From sequence record NC_019410.1: a stretch of 64,000 bases of DNA, one strand, 5' to 3'. The position numbers and the translations under genes were made by a program. The first letter of the stretch is position 1. Each line of letters begins with the position of its first letter. Shown in pieces: positions 18,584-28,162 of the stretch. The notes beneath the pieces are model-generated. The model was not told the DNA's origin. It did not search any database and was given only the letters and a program-made list of their open reading frames with translations.

Positions 18584-18846
18584 GGAACTTCTCCGTTCTC
18601 CTGTCGCTGCATGACGAGCGCCGCCTCTACGTGGTCGAGGCGTCGGACCCCGGCAAGGCGGTGGCCTTCGCCAAGCGCGTGGCGGCGGCGCACGACACCG
18701 TCGGCTCCAACTGGGAGATGGAAGTCGTCTTCCACGGCGCTTCCTACCTCGCCATGAAGGGCGCTTCCGTCAAGGTCATCGATCTGCGCTCCAGCGCGCA
18801 GGAACAGGAACCGGTGCCGCACGCTCAGCGTGGGAGTGGTTGCTGA
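18580..18846 (+). CDS. hypothetical protein (88 aa)
   Basis: ATGA coupling; MRNFSVL. Confidence 0.6.
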   Translation: MRNFSVLLSLHDERRLYVVEASDPGKAVAFAKRVAAAHDTVGSNWEMEVVFHGASYLAMKGASVKVIDLRSSAQEQEPVPHAQRGSGC

Positions 18847-19259
18847 TGCGCGTCGAGGACGGAAAGGCCATCGTCGATGACGTCTGGGCGGTGGTCAAGG
18901 GCCACCTGCCCGGCGCCATCCATTTCGTGCGCCTCAATTGGGTCGGTCGCCTGCTGCACGGTGGCGACATGCTCCACTACTGGGGCATCCAACAGCCGAC
19001 CCAGATTCCTGGCGTCGCCTATGTCTGGGACGACGAGACCAACGATGGCCCGCTCGGCGGCTGGATGGGTCCGGAGACCAAGATCATCGCCCGCTTCGCC
19101 GACCAGCGCCAGGGCCTGGACGTCCTGCGCGCGGCGATGGAGACCAAGGCGCGCTTCGACGCCCTGGTCCGCCAGGGCGAGGACTTGCTGCTCGCCCTCA
19201 AGGCCCAGCGTGACCAAGCCCTGTTCGCGGCCTTGACCCAGGGGGTTCCCGAGGCATGA
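18846..19259 (+). CDS. hypothetical protein (137 aa)
   Basis: TGATG coupling. Confidence 0.7.
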   Translation: MRVEDGKAIVDDVWAVVKGHLPGAIHFVRLNWVGRLLHGGDMLHYWGIQQPTQIPGVAYVWDDETNDGPLGGWMGPETKIIARFADQRQGLDVLRAAMETKARFDALVRQGEDLLLALKAQRDQALFAALTQGVPEA

Positions 19260-19666
19260 GCTTTGCGATCCGCTACTTTCCCGGCCCGCGCCTGGGCTAT
19301 GGCAAGGTCGTCTCCCGTCACGGGCGTCACGTCCTCTTCCAGGCCTATGCTGGGAACGATCCCCAGCCGGGGACCCTGCCCGAGGTCGTTCACTGGGACG
19401 ACATCATCGAAGGTCGCTTTGCCTCGGTCGCCAAGGTCATCCTGGCGATCGACGAATCCATGCGCTGGTTCAAGGCCCTGGAAGCCGAGCGCGGCGCCGA
19501 GCAGTCCGCCGAGGTCCTCATGACGCATCTGCGGCGCTATGAGCGCGACGACTGCGAGGTTTGCCACGGCGCGCGCGGCGGGGTGCGGGGCAACGAGAAC
19601 ATCGTCGATGGCAAGGTGGTCTGTGACTACTGCACCATGGACATCCTCGACGCGAGGAAAAGCTGA
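19256..19666 (+). CDS. hypothetical protein with C-terminal CxxC...CxxC zinc finger (136 aa)
   Basis: CEVCHG...VVCDYC. Confidence 0.7.
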   Translation: MSFAIRYFPGPRLGYGKVVSRHGRHVLFQAYAGNDPQPGTLPEVVHWDDIIEGRFASVAKVILAIDESMRWFKALEAERGAEQSAEVLMTHLRRYERDDCEVCHGARGGVRGNENIVDGKVVCDYCTMDILDARKS

Positions 19667-19887
19667 TGGGGGCCTACGCCTACTGCCAGAACCCCGACTG
19701 CGGCGCGCCGCACGATCGCCCGTCGGCCCGTGAGGTCGTGGAGCGCGAGCGGCGCTGCTACGCCTGCGGGAAGGACGTCCCGGTCTATGACGATCTGGCC
19801 GACATCCTCGAACGGATGGAGGGCCGGATCGACGATCTGGAAGCCGAGGTCAAGGCCCTGAAGGGAGAGACCGATGGGCCTGCGTAA
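19666..19887 (+). CDS. zinc-finger protein (73 aa)
   Basis: CQNPDC...CYACG plus coiled-coil tail. Confidence 0.7.
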   Translation: MGAYAYCQNPDCGAPHDRPSAREVVERERRCYACGKDVPVYDDLADILERMEGRIDDLEAEVKALKGETDGPA

Positions 19888-20230
19888 AATCCCGCCGCGC
19901 TCCTCCTGGTGGATGGGCTATGCTCTCAGCACGGCGTTCAAGAAGCCCTCGCACGAGGAGCGGATCGCCCGGCTGCGCGCCGTTCAAGGGCATAGGCTCT
20001 CGGGCGCCCAGATGCGCGACCCACTCATGAAGAAGCTGGTGCGCGAGGGCCTCGTGCGCCTGCATCGCTCGTCGAACGCCGAGCATTACAAGAGCGCCCG
20101 AGGCGGCTTCATGAAGTCCACCGAGGCCTATCTGACGCCGGCCGGCGAAGCCTATCTGGCGGACCCGACGCCGCATCACGTCCCGAAGTCCGAGCGGACC
20201 GAGAAGACCAAGGGGGTGCGGGGCAAATGA
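19874..20230 (+). CDS. hypothetical basic protein, wHTH-like (118 aa)
   Basis: LMKKLVREGLVRL...YLTPAG. Confidence 0.65.
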   Translation: MGLRKIPPRSSWWMGYALSTAFKKPSHEERIARLRAVQGHRLSGAQMRDPLMKKLVREGLVRLHRSSNAEHYKSARGGFMKSTEAYLTPAGEAYLADPTPHHVPKSERTEKTKGVRGK

Positions 20231-20625
20231 CCGCGACCCGCCAAGAGATCAAGGACGTCCTCGACCGCGTGGCGAACCTGCGCGAGCCTGACCGTGAGGT
20301 CGAGCTTGCCGTCTGGAACATCGTCAGCACCCAGGGGCGCTGGGCGTGGCACACCCATCATGAGACGATCCACCAGATCGCCAGCGATGGGCGATATGGC
20401 TACGGCATCTGCTCGCTGGAGCGGCTGACCTCGTCGATCAACGACGTGTTGTCGTTCGCCCACTATGCCGATCTCCATTCCCTCGAACTCCTGGAGAAGG
20501 GTCTGGCGCGGGTCAAGTTGCTTCCGCGTCATCTCTACGACCAGGACTACGACGTCCAATTCTTCTTTTGCCGCGACATGCTCATGGTGATCCTGGAGCA
20601 TTGTCTTGAGAAAGCCAACGCATGA
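20227..20625 (+). CDS. hypothetical protein (132 aa)
   Basis: ATGA coupling. Confidence 0.65.
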   Translation: MTATRQEIKDVLDRVANLREPDREVELAVWNIVSTQGRWAWHTHHETIHQIASDGRYGYGICSLERLTSSINDVLSFAHYADLHSLELLEKGLARVKLLPRHLYDQDYDVQFFFCRDMLMVILEHCLEKANA

Positions 20626-21011
20626 GCTTCGTCTATCTTGCGATCCCCTACACCTCCCAACTGGAGGACGAGGCCGAAGCCAAGGCCGAGCGCGACGCCC
20701 GAATGGTCGAATTCTGGAAGGCCGCCGCCTTTCTGATCGACCGGGGCGATCACGTCGTCTCGCCCATGACCCTGGAGCCGGCCCTGGTCGCCGTGCCCGA
20801 CATGCCCTACCGCTGGGAGCACTGGAAGGAATACTCGATCAAGATGATCGGGATTTCGTCGAAGCTGGTGGTCCTGCAACTGCCCGGCTGGTCGACCAGC
20901 CGGGGCGTCATCGGCGAGATGCACGCGGCGGGCGAAGCCGGCATCGAGATCGAGTTCCTGACCCTTCAGACGGTCGCGACGTGGTTGAGCACCAGGGAGA
21001 TTGAAGCGTGA
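20622..21011 (+). CDS. DUF1937 / nucleoside 2-deoxyribosyltransferase-like protein (129 aa)
   Basis: VYLAIPYT...VVSPM...W...LVVLQLPGWSTSRGVIGEM pattern. Confidence 0.75.
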   Translation: MSFVYLAIPYTSQLEDEAEAKAERDARMVEFWKAAAFLIDRGDHVVSPMTLEPALVAVPDMPYRWEHWKEYSIKMIGISSKLVVLQLPGWSTSRGVIGEMHAAGEAGIEIEFLTLQTVATWLSTREIEA

Positions 21012-21463
21012 TCCAGTTCCTCAAGGACATCACGGGCGTCACCGCGCGCGCCGAAGCCCTGGAGCGCGCAAAAGCCAAGGCCCTGCATGCCAATCAGTTG
21101 GCCCAGGCGCGCAAGGTCGGGGAATTTCAGGTGGTGCAGGAAGACCGCAAACTCTTCCACTATCAACTGTTTCTCACCCCCTCCACGCTCGACGGGTCTT
21201 GGTTTTACCTGGGGAGCTACGGCCACATCTGTAGCCGGGTCAACGCCCACTCCTTCTCGTCTCTGGAAGAGGCCAAGGTGGCGGGTGCGGCGGCGGGCGC
21301 TCAATGCCGCGAGCGCATCGCCGGCGAGATGGAGCGCCAGCAGCAGTTCCGCAATATCTACGCCCCGCCGGAGTTCCTGGCCAAATCCGTCAACGCCTTC
21401 AAGTCGAGTGAGGACCTGCTGATCGAGGTCGCGCGGACGGTGTCCCAGAGGTACCAGCGATGA
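21008..21463 (+). CDS. hypothetical protein (151 aa)
   Basis: GTGA coupling. Confidence 0.65.
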   Translation: MIQFLKDITGVTARAEALERAKAKALHANQLAQARKVGEFQVVQEDRKLFHYQLFLTPSTLDGSWFYLGSYGHICSRVNAHSFSSLEEAKVAGAAAGAQCRERIAGEMERQQQFRNIYAPPEFLAKSVNAFKSSEDLLIEVARTVSQRYQR

Positions 21464-21726
21464 GCGCGGTCGCTCTGAAGTTCGACACGCTCGCCGACGC
21501 CGAGATGGCGGTCGCCCAGGCGCTCTATGAGCACTGGGTGCGGAGCGAGCGCGCCCGTCATGTCACCTGGAACATCCCCGGCTGGGTCGAGCCGCCCGCC
21601 TGGGCGGACATGAACTGGACCGAGCGCACGCACTGGCTGGTCGAGGCCGGCCTCGTCGTCGACTGCCTGCTCGAATTCGTCAAGAACAACCCCGGCGCCT
21701 ATGGAGAGAGCCATGAACCGTCGTGA
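21460..21726 (+). CDS. hypothetical protein (88 aa)
   Basis: ATGA coupling. Confidence 0.65.
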   Translation: MSAVALKFDTLADAEMAVAQALYEHWVRSERARHVTWNIPGWVEPPAWADMNWTERTHWLVEAGLVVDCLLEFVKNNPGAYGESHEPS

Positions 21727-22333
21727 ACTGATCCTGGGCGCCGGCGCGGTCGTCGCGGCCTCGGCCCTGCCGAGCGTGGTCGAGGCCGCGCGCATCGAGC
21801 CCATTCGACGCTTGCTCCTGGAAAGCGGCTTCGTCCAGCACGAGACCTTCGCCACCTCTTGGATGGCGATCTGGACGGAAGACTCCCACGCCTCGCGGCA
21901 TGCCGAGGTCGTCCGGGCCTGGATCGACGAGACGGTCCAGAGCGGCTATCTCAAGTGTGGCGGCGAGACCTACATCCTCGATAAGCACGTGCGGCTTCCG
22001 CAGGTGGACTTCACGATCTCCCCGGCCGACAAGGTCTGGTCGCACTGGTCGGGCTGGGTCGAGGAGGCAGGGCTGAAGGTCGTCGTGCGCGTGCTCGCGT
22101 CCGATCCCCAGGTCGATGCGACCTTCGATCCGGTCTATCTGATGAAGACCCGCTGGCAGACCGACGGGACCCAGGCTCCGGAGGAGACTCGCTACCTCGT
22201 CCGCCGGCCGCTCCTGCGTTACCACGAGGAACGCGAGCTTCGCTACGCCCTCGGGGACACCGCCGGCTACTCGCCGAACTCGTTGGTCGAGTTCGACAAT
22301 GGCTGGCTTCTCGACATGGCGAAAAGCGCATGA
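21713..22333 (+). CDS. hypothetical protein with twin-arginine-like signal peptide (206 aa)
   Basis: MNRRELILGAGAVVAASALPSVVEA; GGAGAG RBS. Confidence 0.7.
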   Translation: MNRRELILGAGAVVAASALPSVVEAARIEPIRRLLLESGFVQHETFATSWMAIWTEDSHASRHAEVVRAWIDETVQSGYLKCGGETYILDKHVRLPQVDFTISPADKVWSHWSGWVEEAGLKVVVRVLASDPQVDATFDPVYLMKTRWQTDGTQAPEETRYLVRRPLLRYHEERELRYALGDTAGYSPNSLVEFDNGWLLDMAKSA

Positions 22334-22833
22334 TCCGCTCGACCGGAGAAGCGCCCGAGACCCGCGCCGGCCGTCTTGCCGAGGGCTATGCCGCGCAGAA
22401 AGCCGCGATCAAGAAGCTGCTGGACAGTCCGCCCGAGGTGGTGAACGCCCATTGGCAGCGCCTGAGCGCGATGATCTGGGCGCACTGTGATCTGCGAGTC
22501 CTCGGGGAGTGGCAGGAACGGCCGGTCCGGGGCTGGATCGCCGAGCACATCAACGCCCCGTTCGACATCTGCCTTTCCCAGGACGGGAACGGCCGCACGA
22601 TCAGCGATACTGATCTGGCGATCTCGATGATCTCCAATCTGCTCCCGACGGCCTCGATCGAAATTCGAAAGTGGCCTCCCGGCGGAATCCAAATGCCCTG
22701 GGAGTTGAAGCTGGACACGCGCTTCAGCGCCGGCCGCCACCAGGGCCTTCTCTGGGGTTTCGGCCACAACATCGCCCAGGCCGCTTGGCGCGCCTATTTC
22801 AGCTACGTCAACAAGGAGCCCACCGATGTCTGA
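22330..22833 (+). CDS. hypothetical protein (167 aa)
   Basis: ATGA coupling. Confidence 0.65.
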   Translation: MIRSTGEAPETRAGRLAEGYAAQKAAIKKLLDSPPEVVNAHWQRLSAMIWAHCDLRVLGEWQERPVRGWIAEHINAPFDICLSQDGNGRTISDTDLAISMISNLLPTASIEIRKWPPGGIQMPWELKLDTRFSAGRHQGLLWGFGHNIAQAAWRAYFSYVNKEPTDV

Positions 22834-23044
22834 CGTCTTCGATGAGGTCGAGCGCCGCCTGAACCGCCGGCGTCCCGGCTTCTGGATTCACAAGGTCGCC
22901 ATCGCGATCATCGTGGTGATCGCCCTGTTGGTCGTCGCCGGCGCCGCCGTCCAGGTCTTCAACCCGACCCTGGCCGTCCAGTGGCAGGCCAAGCAGGACG
23001 CGGCCTATGACCGCGCCTACGAAGAAGCCCGGCGGGCCGAGTGA
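22826..23044 (+). CDS. small membrane protein (72 aa)
   Basis: AAGGAG RBS; TM VAIAIIVVIALLVVAGAAV. Confidence 0.7.
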   Translation: MSDVFDEVERRLNRRRPGFWIHKVAIAIIVVIALLVVAGAAVQVFNPTLAVQWQAKQDAAYDRAYEEARRAE

Positions 23045-23535
23045 TGGCGATCTTCGCGCCCGAATACACCTGGGAGGCGATCGGCACCGATGTCGCCGTT
23101 GGCCTGACCGAGGCGGTGATCCGGGGCGAGGCCGCACCGGTCTGCGTCGGCTCCTCGCTGCACGCCATGGAATTCCACGTCATCTGGCGCGGCGATCTCT
23201 ACCGGGCCTTCACCGGCATGGGGAGCGATCCCGACTGGACCTGCGCCGAGAAGGGCGTGCGGGTCCCCCATCCGCTGGACGGCAAGAAGATCGACGAGAT
23301 CGAGAAGGACCGGCATCGCGACGAGGAACGCTACCGCCGCGAGATCGAGACCATGCCCGGCCGGCACCTCTACATCTGCCGCAAGACCGATGACCTCCAG
23401 GACATCCTCGCCCGCATCCCGATGGACCTGCGGATGCGCCACGAGATGTCGAACATGATCACCCTCCTGGCCCGGATGATGCTGGTCCAGAACTCCACCC
23501 GCACGCTTTCCCGCTCCAAACTCGACCGGTTCTGA
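23044..23535 (+). CDS. hypothetical protein (163 aa)
   Basis: TGATG coupling. Confidence 0.65.
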   Translation: MAIFAPEYTWEAIGTDVAVGLTEAVIRGEAAPVCVGSSLHAMEFHVIWRGDLYRAFTGMGSDPDWTCAEKGVRVPHPLDGKKIDEIEKDRHRDEERYRREIETMPGRHLYICRKTDDLQDILARIPMDLRMRHEMSNMITLLARMMLVQNSTRTLSRSKLDRF

Positions 23536-23536
23536 C

Positions 23537-24058
23537 ATGACCACCCAACGCCTCGATTTCTCCAGCGACGTCAACTGGCCCCCGAAGGTCGACTTCGATC
23601 TCAAGAAGCTGCGCTACGACGTGGCGGTCGAAATCCTGGAGACCCTGTGGCCCAAGCATCGCCACGACAAGCGCCACGACCTGTCGCTGCTGGGCTCGCT
23701 CTGCAAGGTCAAGTTCGGCGCGGCGGGCTTCAAGGCCGACGACATCAAGGAGCAGACCCTGGCGGTCATGCGCACGCTCGAAGCGGCCAACTTCGTGCGC
23801 AACGACGGCGGCGACTGGCACCTGACGGCGACCGGGGCGATCTGGGTCCTGGTGGCCCGGACCGCGCCCTCGGGCTGGGCGACCGAGAGCGCCCTGCTCC
23901 ATCACATCGAACTGGCGACCTTCCCCGCCGCCGAGATCGCCTGGGCGATCGAGTCCTGCCCCTATTTCCACGTCCGCAAGGGAAGCCTGTTCGACGACAA
24001 GGTCTTCGACCTCCAGGCCTACCAGCAGCCGCTCGACGGGTGGAACGGATGGCGCTGA
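23537..24058 (+). CDS. hypothetical protein, wHTH-like (173 aa)
   Basis: VMRTLEAANFV...WHLTATG. Confidence 0.65.
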   Translation: MTTQRLDFSSDVNWPPKVDFDLKKLRYDVAVEILETLWPKHRHDKRHDLSLLGSLCKVKFGAAGFKADDIKEQTLAVMRTLEAANFVRNDGGDWHLTATGAIWVLVARTAPSGWATESALLHHIELATFPAAEIAWAIESCPYFHVRKGSLFDDKVFDLQAYQQPLDGWNGWR

Positions 24059-24585
24059 CCCCCGAGGCCTGGGACAGCCTGATCCTCGACCTGCGGACCG
24101 CCGCCGAGGACAAGGACCGCGAGGCCTGGGACGACGCGATCCAGGCCCTGGAAAGCGCCTTCGACGAGCATGTCGAGGGACCGCTGGAGAGCCATCCCAA
24201 CACCCTGGCCTGGAAGAAGAGCCTCGACGAGAAGACGCGGTTCCTGGCCGGCTGGCGCCACTGGGGCGGCGGGGCGCGTGACGTCCCCGACGCCTATCGG
24301 GGCGATCCGCACTTCAACCGGGGCCGGTCCGGCGCGGCGATCGCCCAGGACATGAGCGCGGTGAAGGACCTTGACGCGTGCTTCCACCCGGTCAAGCATC
24401 GGATCGCCGGCGGGGATAATCAGGTCCTGCCGCGCCACCCCGCCGTCTACGGCTCCTACGCGGTCGAAATCTGCCGCCTCTGCCGGGGGTGGACCCTGGT
24501 TCAGCACGGGACGCCCCGATGGCGTCCTGGCCCGTACTATGACGCCTACGAGAAGGCGATGCGCGAGGAAGAGGAGCGCTGCTGA
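24049..24585 (+). CDS. hypothetical protein (178 aa)
   Basis: ORF 23647..24585 trimmed to MALTPEAW. Confidence 0.65.
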   Translation: MALTPEAWDSLILDLRTAAEDKDREAWDDAIQALESAFDEHVEGPLESHPNTLAWKKSLDEKTRFLAGWRHWGGGARDVPDAYRGDPHFNRGRSGAAIAQDMSAVKDLDACFHPVKHRIAGGDNQVLPRHPAVYGSYAVEICRLCRGWTLVQHGTPRWRPGPYYDAYEKAMREEEERC

Positions 24586-25280
24586 TGCTCTACGTGTTCG
24601 GGGACATCCACGGCCGCCTCGACCTCCTGGAGAAGGCGCGGCACGAAATCCGTGTACGCGGCGACTGCACGCAGATGATCTTCCTCGGGGACTATGTCGA
24701 TCGCGGTCCCGAGAGCAAGGGCGTCGTCGAGGCCGTGATGGCGCTCCAGGCGCAGGGCGAGATCGCCCTGATGGGCAACCATGAGGAACTGATGCTGACC
24801 GCCTGCCAGATCAAGTCCTACAACGCCATGTCCAAGCTCTGGGTGTCGAACGGTGGCAAGCAGACCCTGAAGTCCTACGGCGCCGGCGACAATGCCTGGA
24901 ACGCCAAATGGGACCTGATCCCCCAGGAGCACGTCGACTGGCTGGCGCGGCTCAAGCCGATCCACGAGACGCCGGGGCGGGTGTTCGTCCACGCGGGCCT
25001 CGCGCCGGGGGTGGCGATCAAGATGCAGGAGGAGGAACATCTTCTCTGGATCAGGGACAAGTTCCTCAACGCCTCGGCCGACCAGTTCGAAAAGCACGTC
25101 GTCCACGGCCACACCCACACCCATGCGCGCAAGAAGATCGAAGAGCCCGAGCTTCTCGCGCATCGGACCAACCTCGACACCGGGGCCTTCTACACGGGCG
25201 TCCTGGCCGTCGGGGTGTTCGACCCCGACGGCTACGGCGGACCCGAGGAGGTGCTGTTGATCCGCGAGGACGACGCATGA
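24585..25280 (+). CDS. Ser/Thr protein phosphatase / calcineurin-like metallophosphoesterase (lambda NinI/PphA type)
   Basis: GDIHG, GDYVDRG, GNHE, HAG, HGHT, DTGA motifs intact. Confidence 0.92.
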   Translation: MLYVFGDIHGRLDLLEKARHEIRVRGDCTQMIFLGDYVDRGPESKGVVEAVMALQAQGEIALMGNHEELMLTACQIKSYNAMSKLWVSNGGKQTLKSYGAGDNAWNAKWDLIPQEHVDWLARLKPIHETPGRVFVHAGLAPGVAIKMQEEEHLLWIRDKFLNASADQFEKHVVHGHTHTHARKKIEEPELLAHRTNLDTGAFYTGVLAVGVFDPDGYGGPEEVLLIREDDA

Positions 25281-25861
25281 TCCCCGACTTCGTCCAGAAG
25301 GCGCGCAAGCTCCTGGGCCTCTATGGCGACAAGCCCAAGATCAAGCCGGTCGATCCCGCCGCGCCGCTGGGCGGGGCGAGCGTCGGTCAGGTCTTCGTTT
25401 CGCCGGTTCCCCAGGTCCCTTCCGGGAGCAGCCACGGCGCCTTGGGTGGCCCTGGCGGCGGATCGATCCACACCGGCTCGGGGCACGGCGTCATCATGAT
25501 GGGGGCGGGCGGCGGCGGCTCGGCCCAAATCCTGGTCTATAACGGCGCGACGACGACATGGGCGCCCATGCCCGAGGCCGTGGTCAAGACGGTCGAGAAG
25601 CCCAAGACGCGGCCGGGCCTGACGGCGGGAGAGGACGAGGTCATCACGACCATGGTTCACTATGGCGATATCGAACTGGTCCTGGAGCGCGACCGCAGGT
25701 TCGCCTTCGTCCGTTTCGGCCTGGAGCTTGCCTATCCCCGCGTCTCGGGCCGGATGCTCAAGTCCTTGATCAAGAAGGGCTATCTGAAGGCTATCGAGCA
25801 TGACGAGATGGGCGGGCCGCAGGTGGCGGTGGTCGTGGCGGGCAAGGTCGCGGTCTGCTGA
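25277..25861 (+). CDS. hypothetical protein, Gly-rich N-half, wHTH-like C-terminus (194 aa)
   Basis: ATGA coupling; MIPDFV. Confidence 0.65.
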   Translation: MIPDFVQKARKLLGLYGDKPKIKPVDPAAPLGGASVGQVFVSPVPQVPSGSSHGALGGPGGGSIHTGSGHGVIMMGAGGGGSAQILVYNGATTTWAPMPEAVVKTVEKPKTRPGLTAGEDEVITTMVHYGDIELVLERDRRFAFVRFGLELAYPRVSGRMLKSLIKKGYLKAIEHDEMGGPQVAVVVAGKVAVC

Positions 25862-25868
25862 ATTTTGT

Positions 25869-25934
25869 TGGCGTTAGAACGTTGACAGCCTCGGCGTGAT
25901 GTCATAAAAGCCTCCTCGACGACAACGAGGAGGG
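25869..25934 (+). promoter_or_regulatory. phage promoter cassette
   Basis: TGGC-N9-TTGACA(25882)-N17-TAAAAG-N6-CGACGACAAC-GAGGAGGG. Confidence 0.8.
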
Positions 25935-25938
25935 CCAC

Positions 25939-26358
25939 ATGGCTTACGCAATTCCGGACCTGAGCACGTTCACGTTCCACGATCCCAAGGTCGAACGGTT
26001 CGCCAAGGCGATGATCTCGACGATCGAGACCGCCCAGACCATCCTCACGGCCTTCGCCAACGATCTCGCCGACAATCCTCTTCAGGCGTTCGAGCATAGC
26101 TACGGCGCCAAGATGGCCGCCGCCCACAGGGACGTCGCCAAGGGGCTGCTCAACGAAGTCCTCGACGCGCTGCTGCACGGTCAGGACAAGACCTGGGCCT
26201 ACATCGGCCAGGACCTGCGCGAGCGGCTGATGTATCGCGTGATCTACGCGGCCTCGAACCCGCCGCGCTCGACCAACGTCGAAGGCAACGACATGGCCCG
26301 CTTCGTCCTGCGCGCCGAGGCCGACATGCTCGACCGCATGACCAAGAGCCGCTTCTGA
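25939..26358 (+). CDS. hypothetical protein (139 aa)
   Basis: Strong RBS. Confidence 0.75.
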   Translation: MAYAIPDLSTFTFHDPKVERFAKAMISTIETAQTILTAFANDLADNPLQAFEHSYGAKMAAAHRDVAKGLLNEVLDALLHGQDKTWAYIGQDLRERLMYRVIYAASNPPRSTNVEGNDMARFVLRAEADMLDRMTKSRF

Positions 26359-26672
26359 TGCGGATCGTCGACTTCGCGACGTTCGTGACGCTTCCGGCTG
26401 GGACCCTCTACCAGGAGATCGACCAGTACGGGAGCCCCATCAGCGCCCTGGCGATCCGCCACGACGTGCTGTTCGACGGCGATCGCCCGTTCGACTTCAT
26501 CTACGAGGAAATCCTCTACCAGACGGCCGACGGCTTCCTGGGCGACCCGCCGAAGCTGGCCGAGTTGGGGACCAAGCGCTGGGGGCTCTTCGATGACGAG
26601 ACCCTGTTCATCGTCTACGAGACGCAGGACCGCGCCCGGCTGGCCAAGATCATCCTGGGAGACGCCGCATGA
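26358..26672 (+). CDS. hypothetical protein (104 aa)
   Basis: TGATG coupling. Confidence 0.7.
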   Translation: MRIVDFATFVTLPAGTLYQEIDQYGSPISALAIRHDVLFDGDRPFDFIYEEILYQTADGFLGDPPKLAELGTKRWGLFDDETLFIVYETQDRARLAKIILGDAA

Positions 26673-27052
26673 AGTCGCTCGACGAACGCATCCGCGACGC
26701 GATCGACACCCCGCGCCCGGCCTGGATCGAGCGCGTTGGGAGCCGCTATCAGGTGATCACCAAGGGCGTGCTGTTCCCGAATACGCGCAACCCGGTCGGC
26801 AAGACCTGGGCGCTGCGCTCTGGCGCCCTGACCTACATCCGCCAGCAGTATCTCACCCTGCTGGAGGGCGACTGCCCGCTGCCGGCCGCGACCCAGGAGC
26901 AGCGCGACGCCTACCAGAACGAAGGGCGCGAGCGCCGCGCCGTCGTCGAGCAGTTGGCGACGGAACTGGATCGGCCCTACACGGACGTCTGGCGCGTGGT
27001 CCGCGACCTGGAAGCCCAGGGCCTGCTCCGCTTCGAGGAGGCCCGCCCATGA
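26669..27052 (+). CDS. hypothetical protein with C-terminal HTH-like motif (127 aa)
   Basis: VEQLATELDRPYTDVWRVVRDLEAQGLL. Confidence 0.7.
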   Translation: MKSLDERIRDAIDTPRPAWIERVGSRYQVITKGVLFPNTRNPVGKTWALRSGALTYIRQQYLTLLEGDCPLPAATQEQRDAYQNEGRERRAVVEQLATELDRPYTDVWRVVRDLEAQGLLRFEEARP

Positions 27053-27270
27053 CGCCGCAGACCCAGAGGACCTTCATCCTGTCCGGCGTGGGCTTCTTCC
27101 TCGGCTTCCTGCTGGTGTTTGGCCTCATGAGCGCCACGCAGGCCTCCTACAACCGAGGCTATCGAGACGCCAAGGCCGACACGCGCCGGGACGAGCCGGC
27201 ATGCTTCGTCACCGAGCGCTGCTACCTGGGCCAGGACGCCGACGGGCGGTGGTTCATCGAGCCGAAATAG
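27049..27270 (+). CDS. small membrane protein (73 aa)
   Basis: ATGA coupling; TM FILSGVGFFLGFLLVFGLM. Confidence 0.65.
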   Translation: MTPQTQRTFILSGVGFFLGFLLVFGLMSATQASYNRGYRDAKADTRRDEPACFVTERCYLGQDADGRWFIEPK

Positions 27271-27271
27271 T

Positions 27272-27336
27272 TGGCGTTCAAGTGTTGCCAAAGCTGATCT
27301 GATCAGCTAGAACCCTCGCCGACGACAACGAGGAGG
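27272..27336 (+). promoter_or_regulatory. phage promoter cassette
   Basis: TGGC-N9-TTGCCA(27285)-N17-TAGAAC-N6-CGACGACAAC-GAGGAGG. Confidence 0.75.
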
Positions 27337-27340
27337 CCCC

Positions 27341-27535
27341 ATGCCGCACCTGAGCAAGACGCCGTTCGACTTCGACTTCACCAGTGACGCTTTGGCGGCA
27401 ACGCTGGAATTCGAGCGCAACACGACCGAGTTCTACCGCTACGAGACAGTCTTCACATCCGGTCGTGCGGCAACTCACGTTCTCGTCATGGAAGAAGACG
27501 GGAATTTCGTCGGCTTCGTCTCGGGTGAAGCCTGA
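27341..27535 (+). CDS. hypothetical protein (64 aa), atypical codon usage
   Basis: Strong RBS; more A/T-ending codons than neighbours. Confidence 0.65.
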   Translation: MPHLSKTPFDFDFTSDALAATLEFERNTTEFYRYETVFTSGRAATHVLVMEEDGNFVGFVSGEA

Positions 27536-27927
27536 TGCAGCACCTCGACCCCCGCATCGGCTACCTGAACTCGGGCGTCTACTACGCCTTCGTCCACGGC
27601 TACGACAAGCCCGAGACGCGCGGCACGCTCGAAGAGGTCGAGATCGCCCTGGGCCTGCGCAAGCCGGCGATCGCGAAGGCGCCGGCGTTCGAAGAGACCC
27701 GCACCCGCTCGGGCGGCTGGAAGCGCACCTTCGGCTCGATCAACGGCAAGCCCCTGACCCTGACGATCAGCGAGGCCGACAGCGTCTGCGCCGACGTCGA
27801 GTGCGGTCGGTTCGGCTGCTCACTGTCGCTGCTCTGCGACTTCGGGACGGTCGAGGAAGACGGCCCGCACGTGCGCCAGTCCACCATCGACCAGATGGTC
27901 GAGTGGGCGCTGACCAAGGGCTGGTAG
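27535..27927 (+). CDS. hypothetical protein (130 aa)
   Basis: TGATG coupling. Confidence 0.7.
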   Translation: MQHLDPRIGYLNSGVYYAFVHGYDKPETRGTLEEVEIALGLRKPAIAKAPAFEETRTRSGGWKRTFGSINGKPLTLTISEADSVCADVECGRFGCSLSLLCDFGTVEEDGPHVRQSTIDQMVEWALTKGW

Positions 27928-28161
27928 ATGAGCCGCATCCGTGTCATCGACCGCGACGGGTTCATGCAGGGCTGGGTCGACGCCCGCGTCGGCCTGCCGA
28001 CCTATTCTGGCCCCGTCACCCGCTGGACCGAGAAGGGCTCGTTCTGGACCACCGGAGCCGACGGCGAGGAGCGCCTTTGGAAGGCCGGCAACCACCAGCC
28101 CTGCGTCTACAAGAGCAAGCTCCGCAAGAGCGACATCATCCACGCGCGACGGGAGGGCTAA
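27928..28161 (+). CDS. hypothetical protein (77 aa)
   Basis: Abuts upstream stop. Confidence 0.65.
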   Translation: MSRIRVIDRDGFMQGWVDARVGLPTYSGPVTRWTEKGSFWTTGADGEERLWKAGNHQPCVYKSKLRKSDIIHARREG

Positions 28162-28162
28162 C

